Positions 1-9,075 of a stretch of 64,000 bases of DNA are shown here, one piece after another. Location: IMG/VR virus record IMGVR_UViG_3300045988_130366. One strand, 5' to 3'. The stretch comes from a virus. How positions within the stretch are numbered: position 1 is the stretch's first letter; each line of letters starts with the position of its first letter. Below the pieces are notes generated by a model. That model searched no databases. It saw nothing but the letters and a program-made list of their open reading frames with translations, and was not told where the DNA came from. Made by a program: the position numbers and the translations under genes.

Positions 1-35
1 TATATAATATATATGTAATAAATAATTAAAAGGAA

Positions 36-341
36 TTGATACTAATGGGACGAAGAAATGGAAAAATGATAATCAATGATTTTTATTGTATGAATTGCGG
101 TCATAAAAATATGAGTTTACCACGTCGGAATAGTCATCAGCATGGTAGATTTCATAGAAAGAAAATGTACTGTGTATTCTGCAAACAAGAAGTAAATCAT
201 ATTGAATGTAAATCATATGAGGATGTTCTTGAGTTTAAAGAAAATTTTGAAAATGGGGTGTATAAAGATGAAGCACAAGATTCTCTTTCTTATGTGCGGT
301 CTGAGCAAATAATAAAACCCAAAGTGGTTAATGTTGAGTAA
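36..341 (+). CDS. hypothetical Zn-ribbon protein (CxxC…CxxC); true start may be the internal Met at 48
   Basis: ORF with paired CxxC motifs (CMNCGH…CVFCKQ); no recognisable family. Confidence 0.4.
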   Translation: MILMGRRNGKMIINDFYCMNCGHKNMSLPRRNSHQHGRFHRKKMYCVFCKQEVNHIECKSYEDVLEFKENFENGVYKDEAQDSLSYVRSEQIIKPKVVNVE

Positions 342-407
342 AAGTCATTTTGGCGAATATTTTATTTTTCATATACAGTAAAGAAAAATAAAAAGGAGCG
401 TATTAAA

Positions 408-974
408 ATGGCAAAAATAAAAAATAGAGTTGGAGATCACTATGGACATTGGATTGTAGTAGCTCAAGACATTGAAAAAACTAATGAAACTGGAAAAGTT
501 TATTGGGACTGTGAATGTGATTGTGGATGTGGGACTCATAAATCCATTAGAACTGATGCATTATATCAAGTTAAAGTTGGCGGTTGTAATAATATGGTAA
601 GTTCAAAACCAAAAACTTGTGCAAAATGTAAAAAAATCTTTTATCCTAAAAAACAAGCTAAAACACGTCAATATTGTTATGATTGTGTTCCAGAAGCTAA
701 TTATAGTAGTACTCTGATTAGATCAAAAATAAAAGATTGGGCTTTAGAATATAAAGGTAATAAATGTTCTTGTTGTGGTTATGATAAATGTAAAGAAGCA
801 TTAGAATTTCATCATATTAACTCAAAAGAAAAAGATTTTATTATTTCAGATAGACATATTTCTTTTACTTGGGATGAAGCTAAAAAAGAACTGGATAAAT
901 GTATTGTAGTTTGTTCAAATTGTCACAGAGAAATTCATGCCGGAATCAGAAAGATAGAGGAATCGAATTTATGA
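408..974 (+). CDS. HNH endonuclease with N-terminal Cys-rich zinc module
   Basis: C-terminal HNH motif (CSCCGYDKC…EFHHI…CSNCHREIH); N-terminal WDCECDCGCG Cys cluster; AGGAG RBS upstream; paralog of 31948-32490. Confidence 0.75.
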   Translation: MAKIKNRVGDHYGHWIVVAQDIEKTNETGKVYWDCECDCGCGTHKSIRTDALYQVKVGGCNNMVSSKPKTCAKCKKIFYPKKQAKTRQYCYDCVPEANYSSTLIRSKIKDWALEYKGNKCSCCGYDKCKEALEFHHINSKEKDFIISDRHISFTWDEAKKELDKCIVVCSNCHREIHAGIRKIEESNL

Positions 975-1489
975 AACATAAAATTTTATTTTTACTTTGT
1001 GGACCCGCAGGATCCGGAAAGACGACTTACGTCAAGAAGGAAATGGCACAAGCAACAACTTACAAGTGTGTACATGTGTCAAGAGATGAAGTAAGAGCTG
1101 AGTTCTTAAAAGAAGATGATAAAAATATCTTTAAGTATGAAGATGATGTCTTTGATGAATTCTGTAATAGAATTAAAAATGCTTTAAATGAAGCAACTGA
1201 TGATATTGCAGTTTTTGCAGATGCAACTCATCTGAGTGAAAAAGCAAGAAATCGAGTTCTTGATAGGCTTGATTTAGATGGAGTAGATATTATTCCAGTT
1301 GTATTTAATTTACCACTCGCTCAGATTCTTGCTCAGAATGAGAATCGAAAAGGAATGGGACGTGCTTATGTTCCAAGAGGAACAATCAGAAGAATGTTTT
1401 ATACTTTTGATAAGCCAACTTATAATGAAAAATATACCTACAAACATATTTTGATTGTAGGAGATGCCGATAAGGAGTATGTAGAATGA
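971..1489 (+). CDS. P-loop polynucleotide kinase-like protein (AAA_33/Pnkp kinase-like)
   Basis: Walker A LLCGPAGSGKTT at N-terminus; ATGA overlap with upstream stop and with downstream phosphoesterase start (translational coupling). Confidence 0.6.
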   Translation: MKHKILFLLCGPAGSGKTTYVKKEMAQATTYKCVHVSRDEVRAEFLKEDDKNIFKYEDDVFDEFCNRIKNALNEATDDIAVFADATHLSEKARNRVLDRLDLDGVDIIPVVFNLPLAQILAQNENRKGMGRAYVPRGTIRRMFYTFDKPTYNEKYTYKHILIVGDADKEYVE

Positions 1490-2037
1490 TTTATGTGACT
1501 TCAGACCTTCACTTTGGTCATGATAAAGGTTTTATTTATGAGCCAAGAGGTTTTCCGAATATTGTTGACCATGACGAAGAAATTATTAAAAGATGGAATG
1601 AGCTAGTGCAGCCAGAAGATGAAGTGTATATCTTGGGCGATTTGATGCTGAAAGATAATGAACATGGACTCGAATGTTTAAAACGGCTGAATGGTAAAAA
1701 ATATTTTATCATTGGAAACCATGATACAAATACAAGAATTAATCTTTATAAAGAGAATGGTCTTGAATGCCTTGGATATTCGACAGTTTTAAAATATAAA
1801 AAATATAATTTTTATATGAGTCATTATCCAACATTAACTGGTAATGTTGATGATTCAGGATTACATCATATGACTTTAAACTTATTTGGTCATACACATC
1901 AGAATGTTAATTTTTATGAAGATAGCTTCTTTATGTATCATGTAGGAGTTGATTCTCATAACTGTTATCCAGTTTCACTTGATACAGTTATTGAAGATAT
2001 AAAAAATAAATATGAGGAGTGTAAAGATATGCTATGA
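1486..2037 (+). CDS. calcineurin-like metallophosphoesterase
   Basis: DLHFGH, GDLM, GNHD, GHTH metallophosphoesterase motifs in canonical order. Confidence 0.75.
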   Translation: MIYVTSDLHFGHDKGFIYEPRGFPNIVDHDEEIIKRWNELVQPEDEVYILGDLMLKDNEHGLECLKRLNGKKYFIIGNHDTNTRINLYKENGLECLGYSTVLKYKKYNFYMSHYPTLTGNVDDSGLHHMTLNLFGHTHQNVNFYEDSFFMYHVGVDSHNCYPVSLDTVIEDIKNKYEECKDML

Positions 2038-2303
2038 GCCATTTAATTGGGTATAAGAGCTATGACAGCTCTACAAAAGAATCCCAAATTTTACGAGATT
2101 TAAACAGTTTTGCTTATGACCCGCAAGAATCAAGTGGGTATCATGGAAATTTAACTTTTCATAAAAATGCAGTTTATAGAAATAAAACTGAAGCTGTTCA
2201 AAAACTTAAAAGTTTGGTAACAACGTCATATGATGACCATGCTGTTCTTTATAAAGAAGATGGCAAAGAATATTGGTTAGTGAAATATGAGTATCATTGT
2301 TGA
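2034..2303 (+). CDS. hypothetical protein
   Basis: ORF coupled by ATGA overlap to upstream gene. Confidence 0.45.
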   Translation: MSHLIGYKSYDSSTKESQILRDLNSFAYDPQESSGYHGNLTFHKNAVYRNKTEAVQKLKSLVTTSYDDHAVLYKEDGKEYWLVKYEYHC

Positions 2304-2351
2304 ACCTTGAAAATTAAATAAATTATTATAAGAGAAAAAGGAGTTAAGTAC

Positions 2352-3854
2352 ATGAATATTTTAAGTTCAATTCTTCCATTTATCCCTGTAATTATTATTG
2401 CAGTGGTGTTGATTGCGGTCCTTGCAACAGGATATGTAAAGTCCTCACCTGATGTAGCTTATATCATCTCTGGTCCGCACAAGAAACCTCGAATCTTGAT
2501 TGGTAAATCCGGTATTAAGATTCCTTTCTTTGAGAAACTTGATAAGTTATCTCTTGGTGCGATTCAGATTGATGTAAAAACTCGTACTGCTGTTCCAACA
2601 GCAGAGTACATTAACGTAAAAGTTGATTCTACTGTTTCTGTACAGGTTGGAAGAACTGATGAAATGATTGCACTTGCGGCTCAGAACTTCTTGAATGTTA
2701 AACGTGAAGTAATTGCAGAAAGAATTAATGACCTTCTGGAAGGTAATATTCGTGAAATCGTAGGTCAGATGAAACTGACTGAGATGGTATCTGACAGAAA
2801 AGCGTTTAGCGAAAAAGTTCAGCAGAATGTAGTTCCTGATCTTGCCAGATTCGGACTTGAGCTTGTTTCCTTTAATGTTCAGAACTTTTCTGATGAGGGC
2901 GGCGTTATTGATAACTTAGGTATTGATAACGTTGAGCAGATTAGAAAGAATGCGGCAATTGCTAAATCTGATGCACAAAGAGAAATCGCTGTTGCTGAGG
3001 CAGCCAACGCAAAGAAATCTAATGATGCTAAAGTTCAGGCAGCTGAGGAGATTGCAGTTCGTAACAACGAGTTTGAGATGAAGCAGGCAGATCTCAAAAA
3101 GACTGCTGATACTGCAAAGGCTCAGGCTAATGCGGCACAGGCAATTGAGGAAGAGAAACAGCGTCAGTTAAAAGACGTTGCTGCTACTGAAGCAGATATT
3201 GCTCGTCAGGAAAAACAGATTGAGTTGAAAGAGAGAGAAGTTGCTATTAAAGAGCGTGCTCTGGAAGCTGAAGTTAAGAAAACTGCTGAAGCTGAGAAAT
3301 ATGCAGTACAGCAGAGAGCAGATGCTAAACTGTATGAGACTCAGAAGAAATCTGAGGCTGAGTTGTTCGAGAGAACAAAGCAGGCAGAAGCTGCTCTTGC
3401 AGAAGCACAGAGAGATGCAGATGCTAAGAAAGCTCTTGCAGAAGCCGTAAAAGCACAGGGTGAAGCTGATGCAGCTGCAGCTCAGGCAAAAGGTGAAGCA
3501 GAAGCTGCTGCTATTAGAGCTAAACTTGAAGCCGAGGCTGAAGGTCTTCAGAAGAAGGCAGAAGCTATGAAACAATTCCAGTCTGCTGCTGTTATGGATA
3601 TGCAGATGAATGTATTGAAATCTTATTTTGAGCAGTTACCAGCAATTGCAAAAGCAGTTGGAGAGGGCTATAATGGTGTAGATAAAATTGTTATGCTTGG
3701 TGGAGATTCTAATCAGCTTGCAAACAACATTATGAACACTACGACTCAGGTTTCTGAAGGTCTTGCACAAAGCTTAGGAATTGATATTAAAACATTAATG
3801 TCTTCATTCTTTGGCAATATGGCTGCTGAAAAAATTATGGACAATAATGAATAA
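2352..3854 (+). CDS. SPFH/band-7 (flotillin-like) membrane protein with long Ala/Glu/Lys-rich coiled coil
   Basis: N-terminal TM helix, SPFH core (…IISGPHKKPRILIGKSG…IDVKTRTA…), ~200-aa A/E/K/Q heptad-rich segment; AGGAG RBS. Confidence 0.75.
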   Translation: MNILSSILPFIPVIIIAVVLIAVLATGYVKSSPDVAYIISGPHKKPRILIGKSGIKIPFFEKLDKLSLGAIQIDVKTRTAVPTAEYINVKVDSTVSVQVGRTDEMIALAAQNFLNVKREVIAERINDLLEGNIREIVGQMKLTEMVSDRKAFSEKVQQNVVPDLARFGLELVSFNVQNFSDEGGVIDNLGIDNVEQIRKNAAIAKSDAQREIAVAEAANAKKSNDAKVQAAEEIAVRNNEFEMKQADLKKTADTAKAQANAAQAIEEEKQRQLKDVAATEADIARQEKQIELKEREVAIKERALEAEVKKTAEAEKYAVQQRADAKLYETQKKSEAELFERTKQAEAALAEAQRDADAKKALAEAVKAQGEADAAAAQAKGEAEAAAIRAKLEAEAEGLQKKAEAMKQFQSAAVMDMQMNVLKSYFEQLPAIAKAVGEGYNGVDKIVMLGGDSNQLANNIMNTTTQVSEGLAQSLGIDIKTLMSSFFGNMAAEKIMDNNE

Positions 3855-3885
3855 TTTATAATCATTTGAATTTATTTATATATGG

Positions 3886-3920
3886 TGGGACGGCAAAAAA
3901 ACTGCCGTCCCATTTTATTT
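3886..3920 (+). terminator. rho-independent terminator
   Basis: GGGACGGCA-loop-TGCCGTCCC hairpin followed by T-run. Confidence 0.7.
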
Positions 3921-3944
3921 TATATAAATAAAGGAGATAAAATT

Positions 3945-4691
3945 ATGCCTATTAAAGATATTTCAAATCAAAAATTTTATAGATTAACAGCACTTTATCC
4001 CACAGAAAAAAGAGATAAAGATAGAAGCGTAATTTGGCATTGTAAATGTGAATGTGGAAATGAAGTAGATGTATCTGGAAAAAAATTGCGTCAAGGAAAT
4101 ACAAAATCTTGTGGTTGTTTAAATACTGAAACTCGAGCCGCATTAGGCAGAAGTAATAAAAAAGATTTAACTGGCATGACATTTGGCAAATTAACAGTTA
4201 TTGAAGATAGTGGAGAACGCTATGATAATAATATCTTATGGCGCTGTCAATGTGAATGCGGGAATCGTCCATTAATTAAAGGAACTTCATTGTTACATGG
4301 AGTTAAGTCTTGTGGATGCTTAAAATCAAAAGGAGAAGCTCGTATTGCTGAATTATTAACTAAAAATAATATTCCTTTTGAAACTCAAAAAACATTTGAA
4401 GATTGTTTATTTCCAGATAATAACTATCATGCTTATTTTGATTTTTGGGTAGATAACAAATACTTAATTGAATATGATGGTATTCAACATTTTAAAGCAA
4501 GCGATAATCTTAAAAGCTGGAATACAGATATTAATTTAATAGAAACTCAGCAAAGAGATAAATTTAAAAATGATTGGTGTATTAAAAAAAATATCGCTTT
4601 AATAAGAATTCCCTATACTAAATTAAAAAGTATTACAATTGAAGATTTAATATTAGAGACTTCCCAATTTAATATAACCACTCAAGATTAA
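3945..4691 (+). CDS. putative endonuclease: two Cys-rich repeats (WxCxCECGN…SCGC) fused to Vsr/DUF559-like (PD-(D/E)xK-type) C-terminal domain
   Basis: Tandem WHCKCECGN…KSCGC / WRCQCECGN…KSCGC modules; C-terminal YFDFWVDNKYLIEYDGIQH motif resembling DUF559/Vsr nucleases; RBS AAGGAG upstream of ATG 3945 (upstream ORF start at 3882 lies inside the terminator hairpin). Confidence 0.55.
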   Translation: MPIKDISNQKFYRLTALYPTEKRDKDRSVIWHCKCECGNEVDVSGKKLRQGNTKSCGCLNTETRAALGRSNKKDLTGMTFGKLTVIEDSGERYDNNILWRCQCECGNRPLIKGTSLLHGVKSCGCLKSKGEARIAELLTKNNIPFETQKTFEDCLFPDNNYHAYFDFWVDNKYLIEYDGIQHFKASDNLKSWNTDINLIETQQRDKFKNDWCIKKNIALIRIPYTKLKSITIEDLILETSQFNITTQD

Positions 4692-4708
4692 TTTATAAGG
4701 AGAAAAAC

Positions 4709-5095
4709 ATGGAAATTATTTATTTTGAAGTTAATGATTGGAGTCCAGGAAAAGATTGTCCAGATTGTGAGCCATTTGATACTTGGTTAGATGTTGATAA
4801 TTTAACTTTTAGAAATGAACAATGGTTAATTGAAAATAAAATTATTGCAGTTGAAACAATAATTGATATGTCATTAAATTATTGCGTTACAGCTCCAAAA
4901 GAATGGGTTGAGAAAAACTGTCCTTGTATTTTAAATTCTAAGTTTATTAGAGAACCAAATGAAAATAATGAAATATTTGGAAGATTTGGTTGTCCCTTTA
5001 AATCTTATACTGAAGAAAATTTAGGATACTGGTTTGCGGGCTGGGATGAATTTGAAAACTGGGAACCTAAACGAAAAGATGAAATAGAGTCTTAA
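4709..5095 (+). CDS. hypothetical protein
   Basis: ORF with RBS AAGGAG. Confidence 0.45.
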   Translation: MEIIYFEVNDWSPGKDCPDCEPFDTWLDVDNLTFRNEQWLIENKIIAVETIIDMSLNYCVTAPKEWVEKNCPCILNSKFIREPNENNEIFGRFGCPFKSYTEENLGYWFAGWDEFENWEPKRKDEIES

Positions 5096-5113
5096 AAGAC
5101 TCTATTTTTTTTT
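5085..5113 (+). terminator. rho-independent terminator
   Basis: AGAGTCTT-AA-AAGACTCT hairpin + T9. Confidence 0.75.
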
Positions 5114-5214
5114 GTGCCAGAAAATTCGGGCTCGTAGGCGCCCTCAGCGGTCGTTGCTGCTTAAAAATCGCACCCACCAATTTTTTTTAGCAAAATGTCC
5201 CCTTTTTGATTTTC

Positions 5215-5250
5215 CCTTATTTTTGTGATATAATATTTTTATATAATATA
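5215..5250 (+). promoter_or_regulatory. sigma-A-like promoter with extended -10 (TGTGATATAAT)
   Basis: TGnTATAAT element upstream of RBS AAGGAGG and ATG 5264. Confidence 0.45.
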
Positions 5251-5263
5251 AGGAGGACTTGAT

Positions 5264-5722
5264 ATGAAACAAGAACCTAAGTTCTACTGGGATGATACTA
5301 CTAAAACTGCAACTTGCATTTTAGCAGATGGAAATAATATATTTACTGGTATTGCCAGTGTACATCCAGATGATATGGATATGGCTAATGAAAAGACTGG
5401 GTATCAAATTGCTTTATGGAGAGCAGAGATTAAATATTATACTCATATTCGTGATAATGAATTAAAGCCAGCTCTTAAAGCATTAAAAAAAGTATTGGAT
5501 GAAATGAAATATAGTAAAAAGTTTAATCCAAAATCTTATGAAAATAGGTCTTTGCAGAGAAACTTCTATCAAATAGAATCTGACTTAGATACAGTTCGTG
5601 ATTTGCTAACTCACACTAAGCAAAAACTTAAACAGTATATCTCTGAAAAAGAAAAATTCTATCAAAAAATTAGAGCCAATAGAACAAAGAAGGACGATGT
5701 AGGACAAAAACCTTCAATTTAA
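5264..5722 (+). CDS. hypothetical protein
   Basis: ORF with strong RBS. Confidence 0.45.
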   Translation: MKQEPKFYWDDTTKTATCILADGNNIFTGIASVHPDDMDMANEKTGYQIALWRAEIKYYTHIRDNELKPALKALKKVLDEMKYSKKFNPKSYENRSLQRNFYQIESDLDTVRDLLTHTKQKLKQYISEKEKFYQKIRANRTKKDDVGQKPSI

Positions 5723-5768
5723 TCTCTCTATTTTCAAATATATATAAGGAGTTAAAAAGGAGGAACGA

Positions 5769-6017
5769 ATGATTCAAAACTTAATATTTTTTATTTTAGG
5801 AATAATTTTTATTGAATTAATAATTCCTGTAATAGAGGCTCTAACATTAGTAATTGTCACTGCTTTAGAGGTTGCCAAAGGCAAACTAAACATGACAATT
5901 TCTAAATATAATATACAAATTCAAAAGATGGCAGAAGAACTTGAGCCAGAAAATACACACGCCATTGGATTTGTAGTACAAAATAATGAACCAGAGGAAG
6001 AAGAGGAAGACGAATGA
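5769..6017 (+). CDS. small membrane protein with acidic C-terminal tail
   Basis: single TM helix, EPEEEEEDE tail; RBS AAAGGAGG. Confidence 0.4.
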   Translation: MIQNLIFFILGIIFIELIIPVIEALTLVIVTALEVAKGKLNMTISKYNIQIQKMAEELEPENTHAIGFVVQNNEPEEEEEDE

Positions 6018-7261
6018 AATTTTATGACACATGTGCATTATTAGATAACTTTGAAACTATGCCAGAAGAGAAGTTCATTATATCTTCTATTACATTAGCG
6101 GAACTTGAGAAGATTAAAACATCAACTTCTAAAGATTCTGAAGTTAAATATATTGCAAGAAAAATCTTATCTTTTTTAAATGCAAATCCCGCAAAATATG
6201 AAGTTGTATTATATAAAACATTTTTTACTTATTCTTTTACTGAAAAAGGATTTGAGATAAATAATGATATTAAAATTTTGGCAACTGCATATTCTTATTT
6301 CAATAATTTAAAAATAAGTGAAAGAGAAGATTTTTTCTTTGTAACGAATGATTTAACTTTAAAAGTTACTGCCGCCGCATTTTTACCAGTCCAATGCGTT
6401 ATATCTATATATCCTCCAAAAGATGATTACAGTGGATATAAAGAAATTATAATGGATGATGAAATGATGTCTGATTTTTATTCTAATCCTACTGAAAATA
6501 TTTATGATTTAAAAGTAAATGAATATATTATTGTAAAGAATAAAGATGGAAAACCAGTTGATTCTGCCGTATGGACAGGCTCTGAATATCGCCATACTCA
6601 ATTTAGAAGTTTTAATTCTAAATGGTTCGGTGAAGTTAAACCACTTAAAGGAGATATTTATCAAACACTTGTCGCAGATAGTTTTACAAATAATAAAATA
6701 ACTCTGGTAAAAGGACCTGCGGGCTCAGGTAAAACATATCTATCTCTTGGATACCTAATGAGTCAATTAGAGCGTGGTAAGATTGATAAGATTATTATTT
6801 TCTGTAATACAGTTGCTACAAAAAATTCTGCTAAATTAGGATATTTACCAGGTACTAAAGATGAAAAACTTTTAGATTCACAAATTGGAAATGTTCTTGC
6901 AAGTAAAATAGGAAGTAGAATTGAATTAGAGAGATTAATGGATGAAGAACAAATTGTTTTACTTCCATTTTCTGATATTAGAGGTTATGACACTACTGGA
7001 ATGAATGCTGGGATATATATTTCAGAAGCTCAAAACCTTGATATTACACTTATGAAGCTTGCTTTACAAAGAATTGGTGAAGATAGTGTATGTATTATAG
7101 ATGGAGATGAAAAAACACAAGTTGATGACATCGCATTCGCTGGAAATAATAATGGTATGAAACGAGTGTCAAAGGTCTATAGAGGCGAAGATATATATGG
7201 CGAAATTGAATTAAAAATGATTCATCGTTCTAAAATTGCTAAAATTGCAGAAAGAATGTAA
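6014..7261 (+). CDS. phoH: PIN-domain / PhoH-like ATPase fusion (PhoH2-type)
   Basis: N-terminal PIN-like acidic motifs (…FVTNDLTLKV…), C-terminal PhoH Walker A (LVKGPAGSGKTYLSLGY) and PhoH core. Confidence 0.8.
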   Translation: MKFYDTCALLDNFETMPEEKFIISSITLAELEKIKTSTSKDSEVKYIARKILSFLNANPAKYEVVLYKTFFTYSFTEKGFEINNDIKILATAYSYFNNLKISEREDFFFVTNDLTLKVTAAAFLPVQCVISIYPPKDDYSGYKEIIMDDEMMSDFYSNPTENIYDLKVNEYIIVKNKDGKPVDSAVWTGSEYRHTQFRSFNSKWFGEVKPLKGDIYQTLVADSFTNNKITLVKGPAGSGKTYLSLGYLMSQLERGKIDKIIIFCNTVATKNSAKLGYLPGTKDEKLLDSQIGNVLASKIGSRIELERLMDEEQIVLLPFSDIRGYDTTGMNAGIYISEAQNLDITLMKLALQRIGEDSVCIIDGDEKTQVDDIAFAGNNNGMKRVSKVYRGEDIYGEIELKMIHRSKIAKIAERM

Positions 7262-7267
7262 TATAAA

Positions 7268-7300
7268 CCAGAAGAGATTAATATCTCTTCTGGTTTTTTT
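7268..7300 (+). terminator. rho-independent terminator
   Basis: CCAGAAGAGAT-TAAT-ATCTCTTCTGG hairpin + T7. Confidence 0.8.
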
Positions 7301-7366
7301 ATTTATAATGGAAACATGTAAAAACCTTTGAAGAAGATATTTTGGAAGAGGAGGTTTATAATAAAT

Positions 7367-9073
7367 ATGGCTTCAATTGAAAAAAATATTTGGGATTATC
7401 TAATTAAAGAAATTAATAATCCATATGGTGTTGCCGGATTAATGGGTAATATCTATGCTGAGTCTGGTATGATTCCAAATAGAGTAGAAGTTTTATGCTT
7501 AAATAGATTAAAAGAACATGGTCAAGTATGGAATGATTCTACTTATACTGCGGCAGTCGATAGTGGAAAAATTTCAAGAGAAACTTTTTTACATCCACTC
7601 CCTAATAAGCAGTATGGATATGGACTTTGCCAATGGACCAGTCCAGGTCGTAAAGCAGGATTATACGATTTAGCAAAAATGAAACAAGCTTCTATTGGCA
7701 ATGAATTAATTCAATTGCAATGGCTTATAACTGAATTAAAAAATAATTATTCTACAGTTTTATCAACTTTAAAAAATGCAACAAGCGTAAGACAAGCTTC
7801 TGATATGGTCTTAACTCGTTTTGAATGTCCTGCTAATACAGGTGAAACTGTTAAAGCAACAAGAGCTAAATATGGTCAGAGGTATTATGATGCATATGCA
7901 TCTAATAAAGGAGGAAACTCAATAGTGGCAAATTATAATAACTATATTAATTCTACTGGCACTCATTATATTTCTAATTCAGGTTCAGATGAAAATGGTG
8001 GATATCATAGTGGAAGAGCTGGTGACCAGACTGGTAGAGAATGGTACTTACGTTCTTGGTATAATAGACCATGGAACTGTGTATTAAGATATGAAAAAGA
8101 CCCAAGAGTTGGTCAAAAGATGGCTGAATTAAGCTGTGCCGCAGCTCTTAATAATTTAGTTGGTTATGACCAATATGAAAGAGATACTTATTGGGCTCAT
8201 TTAAAAGCATCTAACTATGACCCTGCTCAAATTACTATTGCATGTGAAGCAGACTGTTCTGCAGGTGTAATTGCTAATATTAGAGCAGTAGGATATTTAC
8301 TTGGTATTCCAGCTTTACAACATATTAGTGCAAGCTATACTGGTGATATGAGAGCCGGTTTTAAAGCTGCTGGATTTACTGTTTTAACCGCAGACAAATA
8401 TCTTTCTGGGTATGATTATTTACTTCCTGGAGATGTTTTACTTAATGACGCTCATCATACAGCAACAAATGTTACAAGAGGACGTTTAGCAGCTAATTCT
8501 AACTCACCACAACCAAGCCCAGCTCCAGCAAAAACTAATATGACTTATGTTGGAAAAGGAATTGGTACTGCAACTGCAAAAACCGAGATGAATATTAGAA
8601 GTAATTCCAATACAAATAGCTCTTCTTATGGAACTATTTCTAAAGGAACTAAAGTAGAAGTATTAGAGATTTTATCTAATGGCTGGTATAAAATTGTATG
8701 GCCAGGTGCTTCATGCGGCTATGCTTATACTTCTAATTCTACTAAAACCTATTATTCATATGTAGCTAAAAAGAAGGCTCCTACAGCCACTAAACCAAAA
8801 CCATCCAGTAGTAAAAAAAGTATGACTGCAAAAGAAGGTGCAACTGGATTCAATAAATCTCTTGCAGGCACATATCGTACAACAGCTGATTTAAATATCC
8901 GTCATGGAGCAGGTACATCTAAAGCTCTTATGGTTACAGTTCCAAAAGGAACAAAAGTAGCTAATTATGGATATTACTCAGTTAGCAATGGTTGTAAATG
9001 GCTGTATGTCCAATTCACATATAAGAACGTAACTTATACAGGATTTGCTTCAAGCACATATTTACGTAAATAA
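7367..9073 (+). CDS. cell-wall hydrolase (phage lysozyme-like N-domain) with two C-terminal SH3b-type cell-wall-binding repeats
   Basis: N-terminal GLMGNIYAESG…CQWT lysozyme-like motif, Pro/Ser/Lys linker, two ~60-aa SH3b-like repeats (…GTKVEVLEILSNGWYKI… / …GTKVANYGYYSVSNGCKWLYV…); RBS GAGGAGG before ATG 7367. Confidence 0.7.
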   Translation: MASIEKNIWDYLIKEINNPYGVAGLMGNIYAESGMIPNRVEVLCLNRLKEHGQVWNDSTYTAAVDSGKISRETFLHPLPNKQYGYGLCQWTSPGRKAGLYDLAKMKQASIGNELIQLQWLITELKNNYSTVLSTLKNATSVRQASDMVLTRFECPANTGETVKATRAKYGQRYYDAYASNKGGNSIVANYNNYINSTGTHYISNSGSDENGGYHSGRAGDQTGREWYLRSWYNRPWNCVLRYEKDPRVGQKMAELSCAAALNNLVGYDQYERDTYWAHLKASNYDPAQITIACEADCSAGVIANIRAVGYLLGIPALQHISASYTGDMRAGFKAAGFTVLTADKYLSGYDYLLPGDVLLNDAHHTATNVTRGRLAANSNSPQPSPAPAKTNMTYVGKGIGTATAKTEMNIRSNSNTNSSSYGTISKGTKVEVLEILSNGWYKIVWPGASCGYAYTSNSTKTYYSYVAKKKAPTATKPKPSSSKKSMTAKEGATGFNKSLAGTYRTTADLNIRHGAGTSKALMVTVPKGTKVANYGYYSVSNGCKWLYVQFTYKNVTYTGFASSTYLRK

Positions 9074-9075
9074 TT

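Noticed and set aside
3168-3575. Minus-strand 135-aa ORF (and 3241-3450 plus-strand ORF) inside the flotillin gene
   Set aside because: Antisense or alternate-frame artefact of the GCT/GAA-rich coiled-coil region; low-complexity F/S/L translation.
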